The notes beneath the pieces were generated by a model, which saw only the letters and a list, made by a program, of their open reading frames with translations, was not told the origin of the DNA and searched no databases. Shown in pieces: positions 1 through 10,242 of a DNA stretch of 57,046 nt. The translations under genes were made by a program, and so were the position numbers. This DNA is from Histomonas meleagridis 2922-C6/04-290x (Eukaryota > Protista > Parabasalia): positions 1 to 57,046 of the forward strand of contig JAANOX010000027.1 in the NCBI GenBank assembly GCA_020184695.1. Direction: 5' to 3'. Within the stretch, counting starts at the first letter, position 1. Each line of letters starts with the position of its first letter.

Positions 1-509
1 AACGTTGGGACAGTATCAGAACGCACTCAGTCTGATGAAGTAAAACGGCGTTGTGTGGAAGTGATTTGATGTGCAGCGAAGAAACGTTGCGACAGTATAA
101 GAACGCACTCAGTCTGATGAAGTAAAAACGGCGTTGTGTGGAAGTGATTTGATGTGCAGCGAAGAAACGTTGCGACAGTATAAGAACGCACTCAGTCTGA
201 TGAAGTAAAACGGCGTTGTGTGGAAGTGATTTGATGTGCAGCGAAAGAAACGTTGCGACAGTATAAGAACGCACTCAGTCTGATGAAGTAAAACGGCGTT
301 GTGTGGAAGTGATTTGATGTGCAGCGAAAGAAACGTTGCGACAGTATCAGAACGCACTCAGTCTGATGAAGTAAAACGGCGTTGTGTGGAAGTGATTTGA
401 TGTGCAGCGAAAGAAACGTTGCGACAGTATAAGAACGCACTCAGTCTGATGAAGTAAAACGGCGTTGTGTGGAAGTAATTTGATGTGCAGTGAAGAAACG
501 TTGCGACAG
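1..509. repeat. Tandem array of about 6.1 copies of an 82-83 bp unit, running off the left edge
   Basis: The unit AACGTTGCGACAGTATAAGAACGCACTCAGTCTGATGAAGTAAAACGGCGTTGTGTGGAAGTGATTTGATGTGCAGCGAA(A)GA restarts at 1, 83, 166, 249, 332, 415 and 497. Copies are near-identical with no unique spacers. Confidence 0.97.
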
Positions 510-703
510 ATAATTCCGAACGAACCCAAATTTTCTTATTGAATTTTCAGAGTGTTTAACTTTCGTTTGACGCTTTTTGTTCGTGCTGATATTTAAGTGG
601 GTTAATTTAACTGTAAAAATTGAATAGTTTACTTATATTCATCATTCAAAAAATTCATAATGATTATTGAAAACGCTCAAACGGCAACTGACACAACCCA
701 ACA

Positions 704-1792
704 ATGCTGTGTTTTTTATTCAGTCTTATAGCTTATCAAAAGAGATACGAAGTGGACTCATCTACAAGAGAAGGCGATAATATTACTTGTGGTGATGGTT
801 TTTGTACGGGTCTTTGTGTTACTTACATTAATCATTCCTTAAGTACAGAAAATTTTACACTCTATGAAAATGCTTCTTACTGCTATACAGGCGATTATAA
901 TTTATGTTATTTATCCAGATACATCTATTATTTATCTGCTATCATATTTTTAATTCCAGTCTTTCTTGTATTAATTTATTCAACTGTTCATAAATTCTAT
1001 ATACTCAAAAGTCATGATCCAGTTTTATTTGGCATGATGATCTTTAATGTTGTAGTTGGCCCCTCAAGTCTTGGTCTTATTATTTCAACTGTTTATTGTA
1101 TGGTTCTATATAACAACAAATATGAAACCTTATATGTTGCGTTAATTATTGTTTTTCCAGTTTTCTATTTTTGTTCTTTATTAATTAATTTCATATTTTA
1201 TCATGCAGGAATCCTCAAGCATTTCATAACGTTAAATCATTTTATTGGGAAAGGATTTTATACTTTATCTGAACTAGCTGATAAAATAGCAGAAGTTCGA
1301 AGATCGCCACCAGTATATCAAGTGATTAACATGAATAACAAAGAAGACGTGCAAAACCTCCAATATGTTACATGGGAAGAATATGGAGAATTTGTATCCA
1401 TTCCAACTGATAAACCAGTTTGCGTATATTTTCTAACGAACATCGATTTAAGTGAAGCAATGCAAAATGATTACAATAACCAAGCTAAGGATAAAAAGAT
1501 ACAATTAGAAAAGTATATTAATGTCAACACAGATCTTTTAATCGCAGGTGATAACATTCCATTTGTTGTTAAGTTTATGACAAAGCCATTCATGAAAGTA
1601 ATTTATTATATTCTGGAAATTTTCTCTTATTCATATTTATTGGATATGATATTTTACTCAAATTGTAAAGTGCTTGTCGTGAATTCTTCTAAAAGAGCAG
1701 AAATTGAACCAATGTATAGAGCTAAAGCAGGCGAAATGGATCTCGAAGCGCCTACATCGATATTTAAAGATGAAAAAGCTGAATCTCCATGA
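704..1792 (+). CDS. Hypothetical multi-pass membrane protein (362 aa)
   Basis: Long ATG-initiated ORF with a Cys-containing N-terminal loop, several hydrophobic segments and a soluble C-terminal part. No family recognised. Confidence 0.75.
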   Translation: MLCFLFSLIAYQKRYEVDSSTREGDNITCGDGFCTGLCVTYINHSLSTENFTLYENASYCYTGDYNLCYLSRYIYYLSAIIFLIPVFLVLIYSTVHKFYILKSHDPVLFGMMIFNVVVGPSSLGLIISTVYCMVLYNNKYETLYVALIIVFPVFYFCSLLINFIFYHAGILKHFITLNHFIGKGFYTLSELADKIAEVRRSPPVYQVINMNNKEDVQNLQYVTWEEYGEFVSIPTDKPVCVYFLTNIDLSEAMQNDYNNQAKDKKIQLEKYINVNTDLLIAGDNIPFVVKFMTKPFMKVIYYILEIFSYSYLLDMIFYSNCKVLVVNSSKRAEIEPMYRAKAGEMDLEAPTSIFKDEKAESP

Positions 1793-1900
1793 AATATAAG
1801 TAAAATTAAATTACCTTTGTGATGATTTGTTTGAATAAATATTAAATATTGTAAAAATCTGTAAAATTAAAAGATATTTTTTTATAATGTTTTAAGAAAA

Positions 1901-2092
1901 CAATTGCTTTTATATAAAAAGAATATAATTTCATTGATTCTATTCCAAGTATCAAATGCAAACTTAAATATGCAAAATTAAAACATAATTGATTTGATAA
2001 TGTTGTAAGAATACAATTGCTTTTATATAAAAAGAATATAATTTTATAAAATTTCATTGATTTGATTTCAAGAATCAAATGCAAACTTAAAT
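1901..2092. repeat. Imperfect local direct duplication (about 113 bp period) upstream of the Rab gene
   Basis: CAATTGCTTTTATATAAAAAGAATATAATTT...ATCAAATGCAAACTTAAAT occurs at 1901 and again at 2014. Confidence 0.8.
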
Positions 2093-2229
2093 CTGTAGAA
2101 TTCACATAAGAAAAAGTGCAATTTTTGTTAATTAAATGGAAGTAAAGTATACAAAATTCTAACCCATACAATATGACGATCAAAAATTGCGGTTACACAG
2201 TTGAAAGTCCTCAATTATTTTGTCAAATC

Positions 2230-2847
2230 ATGAGCGATCAGCCTCTCCAATTTAAGTTCATTGTAATCGGTTGCAGTGGAGCAGGAAAAACATCCATAGT
2301 TCGACGTCTAGTTGATAATAAATTTGTTAAAGGAACACAAAGTACAGTTGGGATTGAATATTTCACACATATTACAACGATTGAAGGTCGCACTGTTAAA
2401 ATGATGATTTGGGATACAGCCGGTCAAGAGCGTTTCTATACGATTGCTAAAGCATATTTTCGAAGTGCTTTAGGCGTTGTTTTAGTTTTCGACATTACTG
2501 ATCGTAAAAGTTTCGATCAATTGCCACGTTGGCTTCGAGATGCACGGCTTGAAGCGGATCCACATTGTAGTGTTATATTAGTTGGTAATAAGTGTGATCT
2601 TGCAGCAGAACGCGTTGTTTCTAAAGAAGAAGCAGAAGATTTTGCACGCACACATGAACTTTCATATGTTGAAACATCAGCAGCAGATAATATTTGCATT
2701 GAAGAAGTTTTTATGCGTACAGGTTCAGATTTACTTCGAAAAGTTGCGAGTGGAGAAATTAATGCCGGAACAGCTACACCATCAGGTGGTGCGCCTACAG
2801 TTAATATCAGGCGAAACCAACCAGAAACCTCGAAATGCAGTTGCTAA
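2230..2847 (+). CDS. Rab family small GTPase
   Basis: GCSGAGKT P-loop, TVGIEY, WDTAGQERF, GNKCD and ETSA motifs, plus a C-terminal CSC prenylation motif. The likely start is ATG 2230 (MSDQPLQFKFIVIG). Confidence 0.95.
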   Translation: MSDQPLQFKFIVIGCSGAGKTSIVRRLVDNKFVKGTQSTVGIEYFTHITTIEGRTVKMMIWDTAGQERFYTIAKAYFRSALGVVLVFDITDRKSFDQLPRWLRDARLEADPHCSVILVGNKCDLAAERVVSKEEAEDFARTHELSYVETSAADNICIEEVFMRTGSDLLRKVASGEINAGTATPSGGAPTVNIRRNQPETSKCSC

Positions 2848-3243
2848 ACATAATTAAGATCCATTTTTCTATTTTTTATTTCTTTGTTTAAATAACATTT
2901 TTTTTCATTTTATAGTTTAAAAACATTTGTATATTTTTGTTAATTTTCTATTTAACATTTCTAATTAACAATCTATCATAAAATTCATTATCAAATATTA
3001 AAATAAATACACCATTAGCAATCACAAGTTGAGCAAATTTTTTTAAACAAACAAATTTAATATAAAAGATACAACCAAAGCCAATCGCGCAATTCGATAT
3101 ATTTTTATCCAACGTTAAGAGATATTTTTAACGTATGATTTCTGACCGTTTAAATGTTTCATGTAAACTCTTCAAAAAATTGTATCTTTTGACGTTTACA
3201 ATTTAACTTCTAACAAAATTTTAAAAACAAATCACATTCTTGG

Positions 3244-3873
3244 ATGCATTCAACCTCCCTAAGATTTCTTTCAGGAATTTCATTTCTCATAGGCGTGATA
3301 TTTCTTTATTCATAAATTATATGTTCAATTGTTAGTTGCATTGGATTTGCTGTTTTATCTGGAATGGAGCAAACTTAGATATGATCATTCAACACACTCA
3401 GAAAATTTTAATCACAGCTTGTATATTCTCTATATTATGAAAACCATTTCATGGATTACGCCTGTTGTTTTTATTTTTTGGTGTGTTATTAATTTTAATG
3501 AGTTCTAAAGCAAAGTTTGCTGATAGTTATCTGTTTATCTTGTTTTAAATCATTTTTGCTGCTAACAGCACTATTAAATTTTTCTTCTGATGTTTGTTGT
3601 TATGCTTACTCAACACCAGCGAAATGCCAAGAAATAAATCAGACAATTAATCAAACACAAGATTTGAGATTTAATGAAGAAGTCTACAAAAAATATCATA
3701 CAAAAACAATTGCATTCTTTGTTATATATATCATTGCATTTTCTTCTCTTGTGCTTTGGATTGTGAATTTTTGTTTATTGAGTTGTTGTCCAAATAACAA
3801 GAAAGGTGCTTCACATGGAAGTAAAGCCAAAAAATCGCATGTAAATATTCTTTATTGCGAATATTTTTATTAA
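3244..3873 (+). pseudogene. Fragmented membrane-protein-like coding sequence
   Basis: Hydrophobic coding-like pieces in different frames lead into the 118-aa ORF 3517-3873, which ends in a TM segment and a CCP motif. No family recognised. Confidence 0.3.
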
Positions 3874-4185
3874 TATTTAAATTTATATTTGTGAATATGG
3901 TCAATTTGTAATATTAAATTTTTTGTTACTAAAAATGAATAGTTATTAATATTTTTTTAAAATAATGATATCATAATTAGAATATCATTTGTTTATATTT
4001 TTTTGTTTGTTAAATAATGAAAGAAATAGAATAGTAATAAAATATCTACTCGATTGTCATATGTTTCAACTTGCCTAAATTAACATTTTTACAGTTTATA
4101 GTTTAAAACATTTATTTGACTTTGTTGTTTTTTTATCATCACCGAACAAAGAAGAAAAAAATAATATAATATCATCGGCCGCCAC

Positions 4186-4967
4186 ATGAAAAGAATGAAA
4201 ATTGGAAAAGTTTTGGAAGGATTCATTCTTACAATTATTTCATGTACTATTGCAATGATTATCAGGAATTTCAATGTTTTAGACTATAAATATTCTGTTG
4301 GAATTTCTTCTGACTTTCTTTATGAAAAAGATAACTTATATGTTGATATTCTTCGAATTTTCTCTGTTTTTTTCTATGCACACTTTCAAACTATTCAAAA
4401 ATGGTTTTAAATCCATTATTTATTCTTCACGTTGCAAATAAAGGGAACGACATCTTTTTTGTTTCTTTGCTTTCATTAATTCTTTCTTCATCTTATTCAT
4501 GTTATGGAACTATCATAATATCATTTCTTCGACATTTATTTATAACACCACAACCAGGTGTTAATCTTCTTTGGCTTTTTGATTCACATTCTCTTGTTGA
4601 ATTCAGGACAATTATGCGAAATATTGTAATTTCATATCAACTTCTTGGGGTATTTATTCTTCGACATTTCCATAATTCAAGTATGTACATGTTAATATAT
4701 TTCATTTATGATCCATGCAGCGATTGGACAACGATTTCACTTCTTTTTGAAATGTTTCGACCATATTTAACAAAAAATCGGAAAATTGGAACGTCATTTG
4801 CATTGTTTGCGTTTGGTTTTGTCTTTTGTCAGTCTTCGCTTTATTCGTGGTGGACAATCAAAGTCGGAAATGCGAATTTTGCGATGATTGGCGCAATCAT
4901 TTGTTCTGTCGCGTGCATCATCGCTTTGCTTCAATTAACTGAACTTAAAGAAAAAAGAAAATGTTAA
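4186..4967 (+). CDS. PIGU: PIG-U/Gab1-like GPI-transamidase subunit, split by a 1-nt frameshift at about 4404-4407
   Basis: Adding one T to TGGTTTTAAATCCA joins the two ORFs as W-F-L-N-P-L-F, resembling the PIG-U LNP motif. Downstream PQPGVNLLWLFDSHSLVEFR and IKVGNANF resemble PIG-U PNIGLFWYFF and GxGNANF. The protein is very hydrophobic. Confidence 0.6.
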
Positions 4968-5035
4968 ATAATATTTAAATAAATATATTAGAAATGTATA
5001 AAAGAAATAATAATTAAAAATTTTCTTCATTTTAC

Positions 5036-5407
5036 TTATGCTTTGAGTGCATACTTAACTGGTTTAAGATATTTGGCACGACGTGAAGCCTTCTTGGTGA
5101 GTTTGTTGGCATATTTGGCTGGAAGAACTTTGCGTTGTGATTTAACTTGCTTCTTGCGGATATCTTTTGGAATTAACTTCTTGCCATTATACTTTTCAAG
5201 AAGGGCCTTACGTTGTTGTTCCATAAGAACTGTCTTAACGCGTGCAACATCACGACGAACTGTGAGAATTTCTGAAAGCTTTTGACGTGAGGAAGATGTA
5301 GCAATTTGGCCACGAAGTTCAAAAAGCTTCTTCTCAAGTGTGGCAAGTTCTTCAAGAAGATCTGCACGTGATTTTTGGATTAATTCGTGTGCTTTGAGAT
5401 GACCCAT
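5036..5407 (-). CDS. RPL35: 60S ribosomal protein L35 (uL29)
   Basis: MGHLKAHELIQKSRADLLEELATLEKKLFELR...KLSEILTVRRDVARVKTV...KYALKA, 123 aa. Confidence 0.95.
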   Translation of the reverse strand: MGHLKAHELIQKSRADLLEELATLEKKLFELRGQIATSSSRQKLSEILTVRRDVARVKTVLMEQQRKALLEKYNGKKLIPKDIRKKQVKSQRKVLPAKYANKLTKKASRRAKYLKPVKYALKA

Positions 5408-5413
5408 CGCAAA

Positions 5414-5432
5414 AAAGGCTGGCCAAACCGTT
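5414..5432 (-). promoter_or_regulatory. Trichomonad-type M3 (AACGGTTT) plus M5 (CCTTT) core promoter of RPL35
   Basis: The minus strand reads AACGGTTTGGCCAGCCTTTTTTGCGATG directly before the ATG. M3 with M5 is the known Inr-alternative promoter of T. vaginalis ribosomal protein genes. Confidence 0.6.
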
Positions 5433-5909
5433 AAATGGGGTATACTAATAACCGTTATCTCGATTGTGAAAAATTTAACATAACACTCAATTAACCAAAT
5501 AGAAAATACGTTAAATTGAAAAAAAAAATTCATTTTAAATTCTCTCTTAATGGACATTAATCTAAATGATTTAATATTAATTTCAAGATACCCAAGATCA
5601 AAATTTCATTAAAATGTTGTGCTTTTTAAAAGAAATGTTTTATTTAATTTGATTATTAAAATTTTTCTAAATATGAAATCTTCTGATATATCAAATAGAA
5701 TTATTGCAAATGGGCATTTTTTAAGCCTTTCACTTCTTCTAATGACCAAGGTCTTTGGCCAAAAGTTTCCCTTCTCAAAATTGTCGTTTTACAAAATCTT
5801 CTCTCAATTCTTTCATTGAGCAGATTATTTCTTATGAAATGTATTCAAATATTTGAACGAGAACCGTTACATCTTTTTTGATGTCCGCTTAACTTCATTT
5901 TTTTGTCTG

Positions 5910-6332
5910 ATGTTCACTGGAATTAAGATTCATGATGACTGCATGCAAGTATTTAATGACTTCAAGATAGGTCACAAATATAGTTATGTCCTTTTCACAA
6001 TTAGTGATGATGAAAGATTCATTGTTGTTGACAAAACTGCGCCAAAAGGAAAATCTTATGAAGATCTCATTAATGACCTTCCGCAACGCGATATTTGTTT
6101 CGCTGTTTATGATTATGATTTTCATGATGAAGAAGGAAACCTTAGAAATCGTCTTATCTTCATATCATGGGTACCAAATACTGCACCTGCAAGAAGGAAA
6201 ATGATTTCGGCTTCAACAAGAGTAACTTTCAAGAACGCACTCCCGGGCGTTGGCCTCGGAATTCAAGCAAACGATTACTCTGAAATCAAAGAATCTGAGA
6301 TTCTTGCAAGGTGCATCGCATCCGTGAAGTAA
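5910..6332 (+). CDS. ADF/cofilin
   Basis: MFTGIKIHDDC...CFAVYDYDF...LIFISWVPNTAPARRKMISAS. An Inr-like TCATTT lies at 5895. Confidence 0.93.
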   Translation: MFTGIKIHDDCMQVFNDFKIGHKYSYVLFTISDDERFIVVDKTAPKGKSYEDLINDLPQRDICFAVYDYDFHDEEGNLRNRLIFISWVPNTAPARRKMISASTRVTFKNALPGVGLGIQANDYSEIKESEILARCIASVK

Positions 6333-6937
6333 AAAATCACTTAATCAATTGTTTATTTTAATGAAATTGTTGTGCTTCTTTGTTTAAGAGTAACAATTAT
6401 TGAAGCATGAAGAAAAATAATATTAAACATTAAATTCTTCTTATTATCCACATTCAATATTTGTAATTTCCCTTTCTAAAAAATTGATTATTATTCATTC
6501 AATAAAATGATGTAATGTAACAATAATAAATAGTTGAGTATTATCATTACTGAATAAAGTGGTATGAATTAATTCACACGATAGCACATTCGTCAAATCC
6601 GAATCAAAATTTAGAAGAACATTTATCAAATGAGTAAAGTTTTTGAATTATTGGGAATAACGGCATGAATTACAGCAGGTTATGTTCAAGGTAAATTAAA
6701 GTAAAAAATATGAAAATTGAAATTGACGATAATAAAATTTCTTTATAATTAAAATGGCTTCGTATAAGACTTGGAGTGGTTAAAACAAGATGTAATTCTA
6801 TTCAAATCCGATTAGGTCAGCAATTTTCTTAATTGTGAATAGGATTCAAGATGAAATATCTTTTTGTTTATAATCAATATCTCCAATTATTCGTAAATCA
6901 TAATGCTTTAGTGAAATTACAATACGAATGAAATTTG

Positions 6938-7462
6938 TTATTCTTCTTCTGAAGACTCAGAAACATCTTCCTCGAGAGTTGTTGCAATTGGCTTTGCATA
7001 AGTTTCTGTATACCTCTTTGCTTCTTTATCATAAAGCTCTTTTGATTGTTGATATTGTTCTGCAATTTTTGTATCAAGAGGATCTGCAACATTTGGATTT
7101 GTCATCAACAAACGTATTTGGGTTAAAACCATTGCCAAATTAATGGATGGTTTCCAAGATCCATTCGGTTCAGGTTTGAGAGAATCTAAACAAATTCTTC
7201 CTGAACTATCAATATTTGGATGATAAATTTTTGTCTTGAACTTTATCACTGGTGGTGTATTTGGGTATGTTTCTGGAATTGATATTGAAAGTCTAAATTC
7301 ACCTCCTTCAAATGGTGAATCTTCAGGTCCTTCGATAAGTGCTTCAAGTTGATCAAGGCGTTCATTTACTGGCCACATTCCAATTCCGTGGGGAGGGTCA
7401 ACATTCATCCTTTGCAATTCCTTCTGTACGCGCAATAATCCTCTGTTGGTTGTTCCTTGCAT
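6938..7462 (-). CDS. UBE2T: Ubiquitin-conjugating enzyme E2, UBE2T-like
   Basis: YPNTPP, IYHPNIDSSGRICLDSLKPEPNGSWKPSINL. The catalytic Cys and the PxGxW insertion are typical of UBE2T. Confidence 0.85.
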   Translation of the reverse strand: MQGTTNRGLLRVQKELQRMNVDPPHGIGMWPVNERLDQLEALIEGPEDSPFEGGEFRLSISIPETYPNTPPVIKFKTKIYHPNIDSSGRICLDSLKPEPNGSWKPSINLAMVLTQIRLLMTNPNVADPLDTKIAEQYQQSKELYDKEAKRYTETYAKPIATTLEEDVSESSEEE

Positions 7463-7735
7463 TCGTGCTTAAACGGTCACTTGAAGGAAATCCTTTTTTT
7501 CTTTGTGTTTTACAGTCTTTAGAGAACCTATAGAATAACAAGGATTATTAAACTTAGAAGTGTCTACAAAGGTTTCTTATTTGTTCGTGAAATAAAGAAG
7601 TTATTAAAAATTCAGATCAATATAAAGAAAAAATTTTATTTTTATTACCTTGGGTAGAAACCTACCCATCTATTATGCTAATTTCATAATTATTACAAAT
7701 AACATAGAAATTCAATTAAGAATTAAACATGTTTG

Positions 7736-7945
7736 TCATTTCCAACGGTCATATAAATCGTCTTGTTGAAGTGGGTCTTTCATGTCTGAAGTATAGAAAA
7801 TAGGTGGTATTAATTGTTCAGTTTTAACTTGAGAAGTTAATGTTGGGTCATTTTTTTTATAGCAGCACTTGTAAATAATAAGTATCAAAATTACGAAAAC
7901 TATGAACCCGCCTCCAATTATGATCCCAATTGTCCATTTCTCCAT
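7736..7945 (-). CDS. Small single-pass membrane protein
   Basis: MEKWTIGIIIGGGFIVFVILILIIYKCCYKK: one TM helix followed by a CC/basic juxtamembrane segment. Confidence 0.6.
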   Translation of the reverse strand: MEKWTIGIIIGGGFIVFVILILIIYKCCYKKNDPTLTSQVKTEQLIPPIFYTSDMKDPLQQDDLYDRWK

Positions 7946-8428
7946 TTTTTCGAGATACTTTTCTTTTTTAAACGATCTTTGTCTGATTTTTCTCAAAATT
8001 TAATTCATTGAAAAAGTAACGCTTTAAGTAAAGTCCGATAATTGCTTTCAAAACCAAAGGGTGTTTTCGATTGAATTAATAGTATGCAAATAAACGGCTC
8101 CTTTTTTAACTTCACAGCACTAGAAAAAAATAATTCTTTTGATTATCTACTCGCCATTCTTGATTGTCCAATATCTCAAACAACTTACAGTTTAAATTGT
8201 GTATGAAATATTGATTTATTCAGTGTATCATCCATCTAATTGATTTTTTCGAATTATTTATTAATCAAACGGATTGACTTCAAAACTTATATAAACCTCA
8301 TCCAAAACAAGAATTATGTTATCAAGGTTGAATGAAAATGTGCATCGGATAGCTCTCAAGTGCACCTTGAAATTTTGTTTCGACTTTTTGTGAGAACTTT
8401 GTTTGGCCAAATCCCAAAACTGCCACAA

Positions 8429-8845
8429 ATGTCCAACGATTCTCAGCGCAAAATTATAAATTCAAACAAGAAGATATTTCGCACATGGCTTATAATAGCT
8501 GCCATTATTTCTGCTATCCCAATATTTGTTATTTTCTATCTAAAGAGAGATAATCCAGAAGCACAAAACACACGTACTTTTTATACAGGACTTATAACTA
8601 CTGTTGTCGCATTCCTTCTTATACTTAATCGAATTCGTGTCATAGGAAGAGGAAAGAATATGTATACTCGAGGTGATCTTTCAAGAAATGTTTGGGACAA
8701 AGCCTTAATTGATTTAGTTGGTATTGGCCTTTTAATCGAAATTTTAGCAATCTGGTGGGAAAAGGCTTCATTTTTGTTGATAATAATTCCTGTTTACTTT
8801 ATCTATCTTTTAATCAAGAAGATTTTCGGAATGTTTAAAATGTAA
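8429..8845 (+). CDS. TMEM208: TMEM208/Snd2-like (DUF788) membrane protein
   Basis: N-terminal RKIINSNKKIF, then GDLS...KALIDLV...LLIIIPVYFIYLL. Size and TM layout match the family. Confidence 0.65.
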   Translation: MSNDSQRKIINSNKKIFRTWLIIAAIISAIPIFVIFYLKRDNPEAQNTRTFYTGLITTVVAFLLILNRIRVIGRGKNMYTRGDLSRNVWDKALIDLVGIGLLIEILAIWWEKASFLLIIIPVYFIYLLIKKIFGMFKM

Positions 8846-9472
8846 ATCTCAATAAACAACACCATAGCTATTTGCTAAATTAGTACTCGTTAAATCTTTA
8901 TCAAACAATTTTTTTTTCTAGAAATTACTTTACTTTTTACTTAAAAAATCATATACAATTCTATTTATTGCGTGTTTTAGATTTGTATGCAAATATACTT
9001 TAACTTACAGTATCAAAATGTGATGATTTCATATGCATCATTCTTCAATAATAAAATAAATTTTCATTAATCCATATTTTGTGTATTAATTTATATATTA
9101 TATAAAAAAATATTTAAAATATTAATCTTTTATAAAATTAAAGAAAAATTATGGAATTAAAATTTTAATCAATAAATATTTAGGAAAAGTTCTTGATTAT
9201 ATGAAATATATTTTTATGATTACGATAGTTGGTCAATCGTATATATGCTTTGATCGAAAGAAATGAATAATAAAACGAATACTGTTGTTGGGTGATAAAT
9301 AGCTAGAGTTATTAATAAAAATTAAATTTATTTAATGAAAAAATTATCGAGTTTTGATATTCAGAAGAAATGTAAATGATTTTTCCAATATATTCGTTCC
9401 GATAAAAAAAATCAATTTTATGTTTTCTATAAAACTATATGAGAAAGTAAGTTATTCATTTGTATTATTGAG

Positions 9473-9934
9473 ATGCAAGAAAAAATAAGAATTTTTGTTC
9501 ATAGTGAATATTCAAAAATACCAAAAATATTGAATGTAAATAGATATGATCTTATTGGTGAAGTTTTTAAAAATGATAGACCTTTTTTGTTATTATATGA
9601 TGGGAAAGCTTTATCATTTGGTTTTTCGTTTGCATTTTATGAAATAAGAGAGGGAGCTCATCTTTATAAAATAAATTCTCAATGTAAAGATGATGTATTT
9701 GATGATCACTATAAAAGAATGAAAATAAAGCGTGATCTCGAAGAATTTCGTTTAGTTGATACATGTATGATGAAAATTGAATTTAATCCGAAATGTTACT
9801 GGAAAGCAATTGCAAGGTTTAATGAATCAGATCCAACAGAAACGAATGATACAAAACGGTACCCATGTACTGATATAGGAGTTTCAACAAAGCAGCCATC
9901 CACAAAAGCTCTTCCATCATTTTGGGAAGAGTAA
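9473..9934 (+). CDS. Hypothetical protein with a ubiquitin-like N-terminal half
   Basis: 153-aa ORF. LLYDGKALSFGFSFAFYEIREGAHL resembles a Ubl core. Confidence 0.55.
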   Translation: MQEKIRIFVHSEYSKIPKILNVNRYDLIGEVFKNDRPFLLLYDGKALSFGFSFAFYEIREGAHLYKINSQCKDDVFDDHYKRMKIKRDLEEFRLVDTCMMKIEFNPKCYWKAIARFNESDPTETNDTKRYPCTDIGVSTKQPSTKALPSFWEE

Positions 9935-10242
9935 AACCATTTTCACGAATTTTATTAATTATTAAATCATAAGTATTCTTCACATGTAAGAATTCATTAT
10001 TAAATGTAGCGTAAATCGTTGAATCTTTTCCATGTTCTTTTTGAAAATAAAATGTGTATGCATAAAATAAAATCATTTCTTCCAACAATATTCTTTAAAT
10101 ATCAAAGAATGATTAAGTAAACAGATATAATCATACAACAAAAAATTTAGTATGTAAATTATGAAAATCTTCATATAAGTTTTCCTGTTCTTTGATAGTT
10201 TCAAACTTTTTGTCTAATCTTTAAAATTATCTTAATTTTTTA

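Noticed and set aside
1-509. Hammerhead ribozyme in the 83-bp unit (CTGATGA...GAAA, with CGTT/AACG as stem III)
   Set aside because: The base after stem III is C rather than the required U16.1, stem II has no closing pair, and no stem I can form from CTCAGT. An Rfam scan would settle it.
1-509. CRISPR array or box C/D snoRNA cluster
   Set aside because: No unique spacers or cas genes, in a eukaryotic context. The C (TGATGA) and D (CTGA) boxes overlap in one heptamer, with no terminal stem or recognisable rRNA guide.
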